Source of the DNA: Thermoproteota archaeon
GTDB lineage: Archaea > Thermoproteota > Nitrososphaeria > Nitrososphaerales > Nitrososphaeraceae
Direction of reading: 5' to 3'
Length of the DNA: 52,243 nucleotides
NCBI GenBank assembly: GCA_046732115.1
Contig: JBKPMK010000018.1
Location: 1-52,243 of the forward strand
The position numbers and the translations under genes were made by a program. The notes beneath the pieces were generated by a model. The model saw only the letters and a list, made by a program, of their open reading frames with translations. It made no database searches and was not told the origin of the DNA. This document shows, in pieces, positions 18,802 through 27,923 of this stretch. Within the stretch, counting starts at the first letter, position 1. Each line of letters starts with the position of its first letter.

Positions 18802-19719
18802 CTAGTTTAACAATTGCAATTTGCCCTTCAAGTCTTTGAACCTATTCCTTAGAGTAACTTCTGTTACTCCTGCAGCATCTGCAATTTGCGCCTGTGTTAC
18901 GCGTTCCCCTACATCGAAACTCGATAAATATAGTACAGACGCAGCTAATCCCATTGGATCTTTACCAGCTGTTATTCCTCTCTTCGAGACCTCATACATT
19001 ATGTCGATTGCCTGTCGTTTCGTTTTCTCTTTCAGCCCTGCTTTATTGGCGACTTTAGCAATACATTTGATAGGATCTGACATTGGAACTTTGAGATCAA
19101 GCTCTATAATCAAGAGTCTATATGTTCTGGATAAATCCTTACGCCTGATATCGACAGCCATGGCGATGTCCTTTAATGTTTTCGAAGTTCCCATCTCTCT
19201 ACATGCAACGTATGCAGCCGCTGCAAGTACTGCAGGGATAGTTCTACCACGTACCAATCCCCTCTCTTGAGCTTTTCTGTACAAATAGGCAGTTTTTTCG
19301 ACTACCACGTCAGAGATCGCTAATCTATCCCTTAGTTTTTGAAGCTGATTGAAAGCGTTCTTTAAATTTCTGTCTGTGGAACTTCTTATTTGTGTCCTGA
19401 TGTCCCATACTCGTAGCCTCTCCATGGTAGTACGCATTGCTGGATCCAATGCGTGTCCACTAGCGTCAACATTTATCCTTCCAATTATAGTGGCGAGTCC
19501 CATATCATGTCTGGCCAACGATGTTGGCATACCTGTTCTATTTCTATTGTTTGCGATGTGCTGTCCAGGACTAGACAAAACACGGCACCATTCTGGTCGA
19601 TTTTCATTATTTCGATCAGTCACTACATGACCACAGTTGCTACAAATTACCTCTCCGGAATCGGGATCCGTTATCAGTGAATCTTTATTACAAGTTAGAC
19701 ACATTATTGATGATTGCAT
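18802..19719 (-). CDS. tfb: transcription initiation factor IIB (TFB)
   Basis: 305 aa. Has the N-terminal zinc ribbon CLTCNKD...CSNCGHV, a B-reader/linker, two cyclin-fold repeats and the C-terminal HTH QAQIADAAGVTEVTLRNRFKDL. Confidence 0.95.
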   Translation of the reverse strand: MQSSIMCLTCNKDSLITDPDSGEVICSNCGHVVTDRNNENRPEWCRVLSSPGQHIANNRNRTGMPTSLARHDMGLATIIGRINVDASGHALDPAMRTTMERLRVWDIRTQIRSSTDRNLKNAFNQLQKLRDRLAISDVVVEKTAYLYRKAQERGLVRGRTIPAVLAAAAYVACREMGTSKTLKDIAMAVDIRRKDLSRTYRLLIIELDLKVPMSDPIKCIAKVANKAGLKEKTKRQAIDIMYEVSKRGITAGKDPMGLAASVLYLSSFDVGERVTQAQIADAAGVTEVTLRNRFKDLKGKLQLLN

Positions 19720-19744
19720 GAGGAGACGACTTTCGCTCTATATC

Positions 19745-19752
19745 TATTTAAA
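19745..19752 (-). promoter_or_regulatory. TATA box of tfb (implies a leaderless or near-leaderless mRNA)
   Basis: The reverse strand reads TTTAAATA, centred about 29 nt upstream of the tfb ATG (19719). Confidence 0.5.
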
Positions 19753-19960
19753 CGGTCCTACTATATTCACCCAACACATCGTTATAGTTATGAGCAAAAA
19801 ATAACTTCTCAAATACTACTACCGTTCGGGGACAGATTCATATTCTTTTGAGAAATATTTGTCGTAATCTTATATTTAATTGACAGACATGCCATCACAC
19901 AAGTATTCCCGGATGTCAATATGACAAAATTAAAATCAAAGCAAGCCAGCTGAGCTAATA

Positions 19961-20512
19961 TTATCTTGGTTGTCTAAGTTTACGCAGCCTTTCTAACAGA
20001 TCCGTAATCTGCTCATGGGTAGGACTGAGAGCTTTTATCACGTCCAAATCTACATTGAACCGTCCTAACTCAGAATATATTGTGTTGTCATCTATGGTAT
20101 CAATTAGGGCATTCACTCCAAAGGGCTTCTCCATAATCTCGACAACTTGATTTAGCCTTTTCACGGAATCTAGCAGAGTTTCTCTAACGTATGCTGACGC
20201 AAAAATTATTCTTTGGTGAGGATTTACCGCCAGGATTTCCTGTGCTACTCGTACTCCGTCAATTTTAGGCATTTTGTGATCTAAAATAACCACGTCGAAA
20301 GGCAATATGTCTCCACTGTTAGAATAAAGGCGCTTGAATCTGAGGTACTGAAACCTTTCATGATATTTATTTAAGCATTCCTCTCCATTATATGCGATAG
20401 AAACTTTGTGATTCCGCTTCTCTAAGGCTATCTTGTAAAGCAGTGCAATATCGAACTCATCTTCACCTATCAATATGTCCAAATTCCTACAGCTGTTAAT
20501 ACTAGTCAACAT
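19961..20512 (-). CDS. response regulator, receiver (CheY-like) domain with short C-terminal extension
   Basis: Contains ILIGEDEFDIA (acidic pocket), FDVVILDHKMPKIDG (phospho-acceptor Asp), IIFASAY and MEKPF (conserved Lys). No output domain is recognised. No histidine kinase lies in the window. Confidence 0.85.
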   Translation of the reverse strand: MLTSINSCRNLDILIGEDEFDIALLYKIALEKRNHKVSIAYNGEECLNKYHERFQYLRFKRLYSNSGDILPFDVVILDHKMPKIDGVRVAQEILAVNPHQRIIFASAYVRETLLDSVKRLNQVVEIMEKPFGVNALIDTIDDNTIYSELGRFNVDLDVIKALSPTHEQITDLLERLRKLRQPR

Positions 20513-20908
20513 GCTTTGTCAGCCCACAAATAGTTGCAAAATGAGGCTATTCTTAAAGAACGTTTAGGTAGCTGGAAGTAGATTAACTTATTAAATAATA
20601 TATATTCATCGGCATACACACCGTGGTTGTGCATGCCGCAGCTTTGGATAAAACTTCAATAGCACGGCCCGAAGAAGAATATTACTGAAAATTGAAGAAG
20701 CTTACACTAGTAAAAATAGGAATGGCTGCGATATCTTTCTCCCTTTTGTGTATAGTTGATCGACTAATATCATTTACCGTAATTTAGCTAATGAAACTGC
20801 TTCATACAGACGATCGTTTTTAGGTTTACTGGACAGGTATTACCTATCATACTTTTCAGTACTGCTCGTTTGTTCGCACAAAATATTTCTATTCCAATTG
20901 TGTTCTAA

Positions 20909-20948
20909 AATCTCATACTTCTCTTCATTTGACTATCCGTATGAGATT
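20909..20948 (-). terminator. hairpin plus T-run downstream of the FtsZ-like gene
   Basis: Perfect 10-bp inverted repeat AATCTCATAC (20909-20918) / GTATGAGATT (20939-20948). On the coding (minus) strand it is followed by TTTT. It starts 10 nt after the stop codon. Confidence 0.4.
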
Positions 20949-20957
20949 GTTGTATCA

Positions 20958-21875
20958 TTATTCCAAATTTGGGATAGCTATTTCTATTTCTGGAGAGGAA
21001 TCCATTTCATCCCAGTCTAATACATTTTCCACAGGGATAATCTGTGCTAAGGGATCATAGTTGTCAAATTTAGTCTTACCTGCAACTGAGGCAATAAGAT
21101 GTGTCTTAGTTTCATTAGAATCTGAAAGATAGGTTGAGATGCCTTCAAATGTATCATTTTCCAAGATTCTGTGTAAATTGTTTACGACAGAATTCACGGT
21201 GCTAAGGTGCCACCTCTGTCCTCCTATCATATGTAAGATCACCTTTTTTGATGATCCTAAATCTACGCTACCAGATAACATACTTAGAGACTCTTTAGCA
21301 GAAGATTCTGCATCCAATTTATTGGGTCTGCTAGTGCACAACAAGCTGAGGTCAGGTTGCACATGTCGCTCGAAAGATGAAGATATCACATCATAAAGTG
21401 CGTCATTACTCACTTGATAACATTGTTCAGCCGATAAATCTGGATTATTTTCCAAAAGCGAATCGTTATCCAGTATTATAGTCGAATCAGAGTACTTCTG
21501 TACCCTGCTTAGCGAAACTCCTGCCTGGAATATCCTGTCCTTTTCGAACCTAAAAGGCATAACTGCTATAGAGAGAGTCGTGTTATTATAAGTCGATTTT
21601 GCTTCTCTACATACGATCGGAGCAATCGCAGTTCCAGATCTACCTGCAAGGTTGGCAAATACTATTACAGTCTTAAATCCCTCGATAGCCGACTTAATAA
21701 TCTTGGCTGACGATTCTGCCAGCGACCGGAGCCTGTAGCTTGATAAGTTGATACATACGTCCGAGTGTATCAGAATGGAAAAATAATTATCGTCTAAATC
21801 TTTCTTATCGTTGCTAATCAGAACACATTTGCAGTCAAGTCGTTTACTTGAATTAATTGCAAGTTTAATACCCAC
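20958..21875 (-). CDS. divergent FtsZ/tubulin-family protein (start probably further upstream, up to 21980)
   Basis: VIVFANLAGRSGTAIAPIV aligns with the FtsZ block F.tAGmGGGTGtGaaPvia. IAVMPFRFE aligns with vvT.PF.FEG, and TIILDNDSLL with i.ipNd.Ll. The beta1/P-loop-like PVLAVGIGGVG is encoded in frame immediately upstream of the GTG used by the track. Confidence 0.6.
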   Translation of the reverse strand: MGIKLAINSSKRLDCKCVLISNDKKDLDDNYFSILIHSDVCINLSSYRLRSLAESSAKIIKSAIEGFKTVIVFANLAGRSGTAIAPIVCREAKSTYNNTTLSIAVMPFRFEKDRIFQAGVSLSRVQKYSDSTIILDNDSLLENNPDLSAEQCYQVSNDALYDVISSSFERHVQPDLSLLCTSRPNKLDAESSAKESLSMLSGSVDLGSSKKVILHMIGGQRWHLSTVNSVVNNLHRILENDTFEGISTYLSDSNETKTHLIASVAGKTKFDNYDPLAQIIPVENVLDWDEMDSSPEIEIAIPNLE

Positions 21876-22042
21876 GCCCCCAATGCCAACAGCTAAGACC
21901 GGTTGTTTGAACCGTAGATAATCCTGATTATCACTATTAGCTATGGTCAGTCTCCCCTTCTTTCTAAATTCACGGTTCAGTTAAAAGATCTGATGATTAC
22001 ATATTAGTATCTAAAGGGTGCAAAAAGATTGAGCTACTTTTT

Positions 22043-23446
22043 CTAGCCTATGGGATTACCTTTTAGGGAATAATCTGAGTAGTCGTATATATGGGTTTCA
22101 ACTTCGGTACCAAGTGAACATGTTCTGCTTTGACCAAAACTGGGTTGAGTAGAAGACAAAGGAGAAATCATTACTGATTTGTATGCATAATTTCTTCCAA
22201 TTATACTGTTATTATTTAATTCATCGACGATTATATCTCCTTGCCATCCGATCCACATACTGTTTCGTGTACTACTAATCTCCTTTACCAAGCGATGAAG
22301 TCTATCTGTGCGCCTCTTGATCGTATCAGATCCTAGTTGTTTGAGATTTGCTGCTGCTGTTTTGGGTCTAGCGCTATATTTTGACGAATTTACTACGTCA
22401 GGCTGCGTATCCCTTATCAGCTGCAGAGTCATTTCAAAGTCGTCCTCCGTTTCAGAGGGGAAGCCTACAATTATATCAGTAGCGATCGTAATTTCAGGAA
22501 TCCGTGACCTGAAGGCATTCACTACTTCTCTATAGGTTTTGACGCTATGACCTCTCTTCATTTTCCTTAATATTCTGTCGCTTCCGCTCTGGACAGGAAT
22601 ATGCAAAAACTTGTAGATATTTTCATTATGTTCATAGACTTCCACTAGATCCTTGATTACGGAGCTAAGATGCATCGGATTCATCATGCCCGTCCTCAAC
22701 CTGTAATGCAAGTCAACACCACAGCATAGTTCTAACAGTTCTGCAATATTTGATCCTATATCCTTTCCATAGCAGCCATTGTCTGTAGAAGTCAACCATA
22801 TCTCTTTACATCCGTCTTGTAAGTCATGTTTTATTTGTCTTAGAATTTCTCCAGGAGGATAGCTCCTTATTTCTCCTTTGGCTAACTTGGTCTGACAAAA
22901 AGTGCATTCGCTCATACATCCTGTTGCAATTTCAACTATTCCGACAATCGGATTGAGTCGTATCTTAGGAATATTGATCTTATTAGATGTAGAGTCATCG
23001 AGAATAGCGATTTTGTTGCCCGCGAGGGCAGATTTTACTACATCTATAGTTCTGTCAATAGATTGAGGTCCCAACAGGCTAACCGATGGAAACATATTTT
23101 CAACTCTGTCTTTATCCGCCTTTGGCAGGCATCCCGCAAGTACTGTAGGTTTTTTGGTTTTAGATAATTCTTGTATTCTATGCAGCATTTTGTGTTCAGT
23201 TGCATCCTTGACTGAGCAAGTTACAATTATATTCAAAGATGAATCTTCCTCAAAATCGGCCAATTCGTAGCCATTTGTTTTCAACTGGCCTGCAATCATT
23301 TCAGAATCTGCTTTACTTGCCGCACATCCATACGTTTCGACCCATATCTTGGTATTGTGCGCTCCCCGAAACTCTGCATGTTTGTTAAAGCTTCCATGCA
23401 TAGATAGTGTATTATTTAACCGCAAGTTCTCTGCATTTGTTGTCAA
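22043..23446 (-). CDS. radical-SAM methylthiotransferase, archaeal MiaB-like/MtaB (CDKAL1-type)
   Basis: 467 aa. Has the N-terminal MTTase domain (VETYGCAASKADSE), radical-SAM cluster motif GCMSECTFC (CxxxCxxC) and a C-terminal TRAM-like region. Confidence 0.9.
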   Translation of the reverse strand: MTTNAENLRLNNTLSMHGSFNKHAEFRGAHNTKIWVETYGCAASKADSEMIAGQLKTNGYELADFEEDSSLNIIVTCSVKDATEHKMLHRIQELSKTKKPTVLAGCLPKADKDRVENMFPSVSLLGPQSIDRTIDVVKSALAGNKIAILDDSTSNKINIPKIRLNPIVGIVEIATGCMSECTFCQTKLAKGEIRSYPPGEILRQIKHDLQDGCKEIWLTSTDNGCYGKDIGSNIAELLELCCGVDLHYRLRTGMMNPMHLSSVIKDLVEVYEHNENIYKFLHIPVQSGSDRILRKMKRGHSVKTYREVVNAFRSRIPEITIATDIIVGFPSETEDDFEMTLQLIRDTQPDVVNSSKYSARPKTAAANLKQLGSDTIKRRTDRLHRLVKEISSTRNSMWIGWQGDIIVDELNNNSIIGRNYAYKSVMISPLSSTQPSFGQSRTCSLGTEVETHIYDYSDYSLKGNPIG

Positions 23447-23680
23447 TTATTTATTCAGTATATTGCACACCTAAATATGACTTGTTGTGATCACGTGGTA
23501 GAACTGTCTACCTATAGCCTAATACTCATACGTATAATACGTATTTAACTTTGGATCTTCTTTTAAACCCTGCTCAATTACGTGCTTATAACAAATACTC
23601 CATTTCATGCATGTATTCGATTTCCGTAGGTACCCACAAGTTTCCAAATAGTTTTAATAGTCAATGTCAACTCGTATTAT

Positions 23681-23986
23681 ATGCCAGACTTCTTTGAAAT
23701 TGAAAGATTAGTAGAAGATCTCGCAAAGATATATTCTACTGCCTGTGCAACAACCTGGTTCAAGCTACAAAAGGTTAATCACCCCTCGATAGAAGAATTT
23801 AGATCAAAGGTAGTCGAATTTATGAAACATTTTAACTATACCCTCTCCGTATATCCAGCTGGCCAAGAATCAGACAATTTTAGGAGCTATGCCAGCCGGC
23901 TGCTGCAACAGGAGATTGAACGGATACTTTCTGGTAATAACAAAGAAGTGGAAAAGCGGTACAAGTATTATGTTGATTATGCATAG
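23681..23986 (+). CDS. hypothetical protein (101 aa)
   Basis: ORF only. Confidence 0.35.
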   Translation: MPDFFEIERLVEDLAKIYSTACATTWFKLQKVNHPSIEEFRSKVVEFMKHFNYTLSVYPAGQESDNFRSYASRLLQQEIERILSGNNKEVEKRYKYYVDYA

Positions 23987-24068
23987 GATCAACACCTAGC
24001 GAAGCAACTGAAACATTAATATACAAAAAGTCCCTTTTAGCAAAGCAATTAGACCAGATATCAGAATA

Positions 24069-24076
24069 TTTTTAAA
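24069..24076 (+). promoter_or_regulatory. TATA box of fbp (leaderless spacing)
   Basis: TTTTTAAA is centred about 27 nt upstream of the ATG at 24099. Confidence 0.5.
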
Positions 24077-24098
24077 GCGTGTTTAATGAATTCACGTT

Positions 24099-25190
24099 AT
24101 GCGTATAACATTATCGGCAATTAAGGCAGACATCGGGGGAATTGGTGGCCATACTCGTCCAAGCGACGAGCTATTCGAGGTTGTAAAAAGTTACATCGGA
24201 ACGAAAGCAAAAGGTCTGCTCATTGACTATTATGTTGGTTACACCGGCGACGATATTCATATTGTCATGACTCATACACTTGGTATTGAAAATGAGAAAA
24301 TCCACCAGTTGGCGTGGGATGCGTTCACAGAAGGAACCAAACTTGCTAAAGAGCAGGGTCTATATGGAGCCGGCCAAGACCTGCTCAAGGATGCCTTTTC
24401 AGGCAATATAAAAGGACTTGGGCCCGGAGTCGCAGAAATGCATATAGAGGAACGACCAAGCGAAGTCTTTTGTGTATTTGCTGCAGATAAGACAGAACCT
24501 GGTGCGTTTAATTTCCCATTCTGGCGAATATTTGTCGATAGCAGAAGCAACACAGGATTATTAATTAACGAAAACCTTGCATCAGGCGTTACGTTCAGGA
24601 TTTTGGATGTCATGTCGGGTAAAATTGCGGATCTGAAGCTGTGGGCTGAAAAGGCAGAGTTAGAAGCGGCGCTTATGTATCCTGGACGCTTCGTTGTGCA
24701 TTCCGTGCTCGCCTCTGATGGAGAACAAATCCTTTCTTCATCAACTGACAGGTTACACAACATTGCAGGCACGTATGTCGGGAAGGACGATCCCATATCT
24801 ATAGTAAGGACTCAGAAAAACTTTCCTGCTACCGAGGAGGCGGGAAGTGCATTTAATGATCCGCATTATGTGGCCGGTAACACCAGGGGCAGCCATCACC
24901 TACCACTTATGCCAGTTAAATTGAATTCTGCGGCGAGTCTTAATTATTCGATACCAATTGTTTCTTGCTTGGTTTTTAGTATGCATGCGGGAAAGTTAAC
25001 TGGCCCACATGACGGTTTTGGTACAGCCGATTGGGATCTACAGAGAACGTGGGCTGCCGAAAGAGCAATGATGATGAGAAATCAGGGATTTATACATCCG
25101 GCTACCCTTGTCCCGGAGGAATTGGAATATAATAAAGGATATCAAGCAAGAATTGATAAACTTAACGAAAAATTTAGAGACTTGAAGTAG
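24099..25190 (+). CDS. fbp: bifunctional fructose-1,6-bisphosphate aldolase/phosphatase (class V FBPase)
   Basis: 363 aa. The N-terminus MRITLSAIKADIGGIGGHTRP and overall length are characteristic of the archaeal FBP aldolase/phosphatase family. Confidence 0.95.
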   Translation: MRITLSAIKADIGGIGGHTRPSDELFEVVKSYIGTKAKGLLIDYYVGYTGDDIHIVMTHTLGIENEKIHQLAWDAFTEGTKLAKEQGLYGAGQDLLKDAFSGNIKGLGPGVAEMHIEERPSEVFCVFAADKTEPGAFNFPFWRIFVDSRSNTGLLINENLASGVTFRILDVMSGKIADLKLWAEKAELEAALMYPGRFVVHSVLASDGEQILSSSTDRLHNIAGTYVGKDDPISIVRTQKNFPATEEAGSAFNDPHYVAGNTRGSHHLPLMPVKLNSAASLNYSIPIVSCLVFSMHAGKLTGPHDGFGTADWDLQRTWAAERAMMMRNQGFIHPATLVPEELEYNKGYQARIDKLNEKFRDLK

Positions 25191-25238
25191 ATGCCTGACA
25201 ATAATTTCATCGCTGATTAATCAAATAAAACAAAGGGG

Positions 25239-25910
25239 CTGAAGCGTCTGCTCATAATCAACTTTAAAAATTATCTCGAGCTCTCCTCAGACAACACTCT
25301 CGAACTAGCGATGGCGGCTCAAAAGGCTGCGCATATGCTGAAGGTTAAAACTGTGGTAGCGCCGCCCCCACCATCACTGTCTTTGGTGGCACAAAATTTG
25401 GATATTCCTGTGTTCTGCCAGCACCTCGACGATATGCAAGCCGGTCAGTCAACAGGATTCTTTATACCGGAACTAGCAAGATCATTTGGTGCATCAGGTT
25501 CGATCTTAAATCATAGCGAGCATCGTTTAGAGTATCAAACTATTCGCAGCCTAGTCCAAACGTTAAGAAAATTGGATATGGTTTCCGTCGTGTGTGCTAG
25601 AACGCCAGACGAGGCTGCAGAACTAGCGAGGTTAAATCCTAACTTTATTGCGATCGAACCCCCTGAATTGATCGGTTCAGGGAAAGCAGTATCAAAAGAA
25701 AATCCTAAAGTTATATTGGATACTGTGAAACTAGTCTCTGCAAATTCAGAATCGACTAGAGTTATTTGTGGAGCAGGAATAGTTGATAAGAGCGATGTAC
25801 GAAGTGCAGTTGATTTAGGAGTAATAGGAATTCTAGTTGCAAGTGGAATAGTTAAAGCAAAGTCTTGGTATGAAAAGATATTAGAGCTAGGTTCAGGATT
25901 GTCAGAATAA
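25239..25910 (+). CDS. tpiA: triosephosphate isomerase (archaeal type); start codon unresolved
   Basis: Contains the catalytic His block ILNHSEHR and catalytic Glu block IAIEPPELIGSG. The conserved N-terminal substrate-binding motif LLIINFKNY is encoded at 25248-25274. This is upstream of the first canonical ATG (25311) but downstream of the in-frame TAA at 25218-25220. The start given here is the first in-frame CTG. Confidence 0.85.
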   Translation: MKRLLIINFKNYLELSSDNTLELAMAAQKAAHMLKVKTVVAPPPPSLSLVAQNLDIPVFCQHLDDMQAGQSTGFFIPELARSFGASGSILNHSEHRLEYQTIRSLVQTLRKLDMVSVVCARTPDEAAELARLNPNFIAIEPPELIGSGKAVSKENPKVILDTVKLVSANSESTRVICGAGIVDKSDVRSAVDLGVIGILVASGIVKAKSWYEKILELGSGLSE

Positions 25911-26059
25911 ATTTATTCAGAACATCCATTTTATCGCAGGGCTTTGTACGGAGGGCTAGGGACTGATCTCTATATTATAGTGCGGATAGAACTATTCTGA
26001 ATTTCAAGTTTAGGCTAATGCAAGAACCTTACTACTAATGTGGAAGATGCCAGCTGCGT

Positions 26060-26380
26060 TCATTTATCGAAGCTCGATTCGTCCTCAGTAAGTTCGCGTT
26101 TCTCTTCGAATCTCGGGTCAGCTATGAATTCATTTCTTTCTTTCTGTAGTTCACTTAGCCTTTCTGAGATCAAATCGCGGCGTTTGGTAATGGAAGCTCT
26201 TCTTGTACTAAAAGCACCTGTATTGAAATAGGCTACGCCTTTCTTGGCCGAAGTTTTTAAAAAAATATATGTACTGTTAAATATTTCCTGCCACGATGCT
26301 TTCTTTATCGTAATAAAGATTCCCGAGGCTAACCCGAAGGAACCCGCAATCAAAAATGCATACAAACGGATGCGACGCAT
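26060..26380 (-). CDS. hypothetical membrane-anchored protein (106 aa)
   Basis: N-terminal TM helix LYAFLIAGSFGLASGIFITI followed by a charged helical tail. ORF only. Confidence 0.35.
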   Translation of the reverse strand: MRRIRLYAFLIAGSFGLASGIFITIKKASWQEIFNSTYIFLKTSAKKGVAYFNTGAFSTRRASITKRRDLISERLSELQKERNEFIADPRFEEKRELTEDESSFDK

Positions 26381-26777
26381 TTATGCCCGAAGCCGCAACA
26401 AGTAAAATCCCTGCACTTGCGACACTCAAGCTAACTACCACAATTATTTGGCCAATTTTCATTTTTGCGGTCACACTAATGTACAACACAAAATTCCGTT
26501 TATTAGAATCTATGTTGAAGACTTTCAGCCAGTTTCAATAACAAGTTTAACTCCACGTAAGTAGCATAAAATACTCTACGATATTGGCAGGTAATTTCGT
26601 AGTTATAAAGAAGACATCAAAAAAACGGTGCAGTTACGCTATAATACGCATTTTATATGAATTTTACTATAGGAAAGGCAAAATTTTTATGGCTATTTGA
26701 AGACGTTCATTTTGCTTACAAAAACGGATCAAAGCTCCTAAACCTAGTTTGAGGTTACTTTAGCTCGTGCTAGTAAA

Positions 26778-27668
26778 TCAATGCATGGTATGCTTTCTTT
26801 GTAATACAATGTCCTGGGAAAAAACTTTTCGTGTCTTTCCATCAATTGTTCTCACAATGAACGCTCCACTAACATCGATATCTTCGACCGTAGCTTCAAA
26901 AACCCTATTGTGTTCCTTTATTAGTACTGCTTTATTGAAATACTCTGACCAGTACTTCCATTTTTGTATTATATCATGGTCAAAACCTTGGTGTAATTGA
27001 TGGTAATAATAGTCCAATTTTCCGATGAGGGATCCTGTAATGTCAACTATGCTTGCATTCGACCCACCTAATTCTTTCTTAACTGAGGTAATACCATAAA
27101 AGCAGTTGTCCTTGATTTTAGATAATTCTGAAATTATTTTCGCGGGCTCGTTATTAACATTGATTCCTAGACCTATGACAGCATAGCAAACCGTTTCATT
27201 TATTGCCGCAATGTCAACGAGAATACCACATACCTTCCTCCCGTTTATGATCACATCGTTGGGCCATTTTATTTTTGGATTCAATCCTGTTTCCGATTTT
27301 AATACTTCACACACGCTTAATGTTGAAAGGAACATGATTAGCATACTCTGCGAGCTTAACAAATTCGGATTTAAGATAACCGAAAGCCATATGCCCCCAG
27401 CAGGTGAAATCCATCTTCTCCCAGCCCTCCCCGTTGCATTTCTTTGACGCTCGGCGATAACAATTGTACCATCAAATCCTGAAGTTGAATTCGTCTCAGC
27501 AAGAGAAAGAGCCAGCTTTTGAGTAGATTTTATCCTCTTGTAACAATAAATTCTCTTGCCGATCAGATTTGTCCGCAGGCGCTGCCTAAGCAGCCACGGC
27601 ATAGACCATTTGCTAGGACAGATAATTAAATAATCGCTAGGTACATTTGAGTTCAAATTGCGTGCCAA
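26778..27668 (-). CDS. birA: biotin--[acetyl-CoA-carboxylase] ligase
   Basis: STQKLALSLAE...GTIVIAERQRNATGRAGRRWISPAGGIWLSVIL matches the BirA biotin-binding loop (Q..GrGR.gR.W.Sp.G.l.~S). KWPNDV and GIGINVN blocks follow. Confidence 0.9.
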   Translation of the reverse strand: MARNLNSNVPSDYLIICPSKWSMPWLLRQRLRTNLIGKRIYCYKRIKSTQKLALSLAETNSTSGFDGTIVIAERQRNATGRAGRRWISPAGGIWLSVILNPNLLSSQSMLIMFLSTLSVCEVLKSETGLNPKIKWPNDVIINGRKVCGILVDIAAINETVCYAVIGLGINVNNEPAKIISELSKIKDNCFYGITSVKKELGGSNASIVDITGSLIGKLDYYYHQLHQGFDHDIIQKWKYWSEYFNKAVLIKEHNRVFEATVEDIDVSGAFIVRTIDGKTRKVFSQDIVLQRKHTMH

Positions 27669-27923
27669 ATGAATTCAGCAGGATTGGTTATTTAAATAGA
27701 CGGACGGACAATAATTTGCATTGCGAGCGAACTTGACTCCAGAAAGCTGCCATCGGTTATCTATAGCTTTGTGACTATCTCACCGATTTGAGTCAATTTT
27801 TATCTGGGCTTTGTAATCAAAACGGTTAACCAAGTTGGATAACGACGCATGCGATACTTGCTATGTGGAGCAGCATATTTAGAAAATGTGTATATATATT
27901 GATAAGGCATATTAGTTATATAT

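Noticed and set aside
26277-26489. A 70-aa minus-strand ORF with a TM helix overlaps the 5' end of ORF 26060..26380. This may be one two-TM gene split by a frameshift.
   Set aside because: The downstream ORF has its own ATG and is self-consistent. Without homologues the frameshift hypothesis cannot be supported.
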